From: Wallemia ichthyophaga EXF-994
Taxonomy: Eukaryota; Fungi; Basidiomycota
Reading direction: 5' to 3'
Length of the DNA stretch: 32,000 nt
Assembly (NCBI RefSeq): GCF_000400465.1
Contig: NW_008806277.1
Location: forward strand, 480,001 to 512,000
Numbering within the stretch: position 1 is the first letter of the stretch; each line of letters opens with the position of its first letter. The notes under the pieces are model-generated. The model saw nothing but the letters and a program-made list of their open reading frames with translations. It was not told where the DNA came from and did no database searches. The position numbers and the translations under genes were made by a program. Below are positions 31,045-32,000 of this stretch, in pieces.

Positions 31045-31515
31045 CTATCCTTCTCTCCATCTGTGTAGGAGTGTTAGTAGGGCACTTGTAAAGCCACGCA
31101 CACCCACTGATTCGCGCATTTCGCATTCGTGCATCTGTAAAACGTCGTCATCGGCTCGTCCGCACTTCTGATCTGAATCTGCATGAAGAAAGCTCTGAGG
31201 TTCGAGCATTTCGGGCATTCGGCTGTGTAGAGTTTTCGTTAGCGGTGTCAATGCTAGCACCCATACACACCATCGGTCTGGTCGACATTCTTCCATGTCT
31301 CCTCTCCACCTAGCACATCATCAACCTCCTTACGTCTGAGCTTATGGCGCGTATTGAACTGCATAGCGTCAGCTAGCAGCCACACTACAACGTCCACCCA
31401 CCTGCTTGGTCATCGGGAATTGGTACGGGCAAATGGAACACGTCCACTTGTTGTTGGTCGTCTCCTCGTCCATTGCGCTGATAAGCATATTCGAGCATGT
31501 CGGGCAGAACAGCAT
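31045..31515 (-). CDS. RPC11: RNA polymerase III subunit C11 (TFIIS-like), 4 exons
   Basis: MLFCPTCSNML...CSICPY, RKEVDDVLGGEETWKNVDQT, CPKCSNLRAFFMQIQIRSADEPMTTFYRC and the end CANQWREG*. Confidence 0.96.
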
Positions 31516-31576
31516 TCTTGTCGTTTTTCGGTGGTGTTTGAAGAGAGAAGTCGCTTTTTCGAGCATCCCAACGACC

Positions 31577-32000
31577 ATGTCGAATATATTCAGAAGAGGT
31601 TTATGTAGCGCAAGGGTTTTGTTAGAGGAGGCCTCGAGCAATTCCAAGGCAATGGCGTCTGCACATGCTGCACCAGATGCACAAACCACACCAACTGCAC
31701 AATCCACCAAGGAAAGCCTCGAGAAGAAATACACTCCCAGACCAAAGCAGCTGCCGAGTATTTTCACCAACAAGACACCCGTCGACCAGCGCGTACAGGT
31801 AAATCCCAACCACGGTCTCTACGCCTTCTTCGAGAGGAGGCCGGTCGACACTACACGCGGGGAGGTGAGCGACGGGACGGGCGACGGCAAGCAGATATCG
31901 TCTACGCTGCCAACATGGACTGAGTCGCAGAGTTTGTCGAGTAGGGCTTGGAGAGCCTCTGAATTACGCCTCAAGAGCTTCGAAGATCTCCACACACTCT
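31577..32000 (+). CDS. MRPL4: Mitochondrial ribosomal protein uL29m (MRP-L47 family), 5' part truncated by the window end
   Basis: Presequence-like N-terminus, VNPNHGLYAFF and SRAWRASELRLKSFEDLHTL. The frame is open to base 32000. Confidence 0.9.
   Translation, partial: MSNIFRRGLCSARVLLEEASSNSKAMASAHAAPDAQTTPTAQSTKESLEKKYTPRPKQLPSIFTNKTPVDQRVQVNPNHGLYAFFERRPVDTTRGEVSDGTGDGKQISSTLPTWTESQSLSSRAWRASELRLKSFEDLHTL

Noticed and set aside
1-32000. CRISPR arrays, rRNA or prokaryotic systems
   Set aside because: None seen. The sequence is eukaryotic with spliceosomal introns.

Overview
Fungal genomic DNA with 44-56 nt introns and very short intergenic spacers, basidiomycete-like and most consistent with Wallemia. 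That assignment is inferred from the compactness and from a class I hydrophobin resembling W. ichthyophaga hydrophobins as I remember them; no database search was run. The window has two zones. (1) About 1-7080 is a gene-poor, AT-richer island. It holds three intron-containing tRNA genes (Gln-CTG, Gly-GCC, Gly-TCC), one intact hydrophobin gene and decayed non-LTR (LINE) relics. Each tRNA has a retroelement-like relic just upstream, pointing away from it. One relic is a 648-bp LINE 3' end flanked by a perfect 12-bp target-site duplication, and a paralogous empty site lies 5.2 kb away. (2) 7087-32000 is gene-dense. It contains, in order: a Skg3/Caf120-like PH protein, SPE2, an orphan coiled-coil protein, COQ5, cullin-1, a possible fungal TF-like protein, a GH3 beta-glucosidase, a UCH deubiquitinase, an allantoicase-ureidoglycolate lyase fusion with a GATA-rich promoter, importin alpha, a short SNAPC4-like Myb protein, PIG-U, RPC11 and the start of mitoribosomal MRPL4/uL29m. 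The most interesting signal is possible orientation-specific targeting of non-LTR elements upstream of tRNA genes. All exon models were built by hand.
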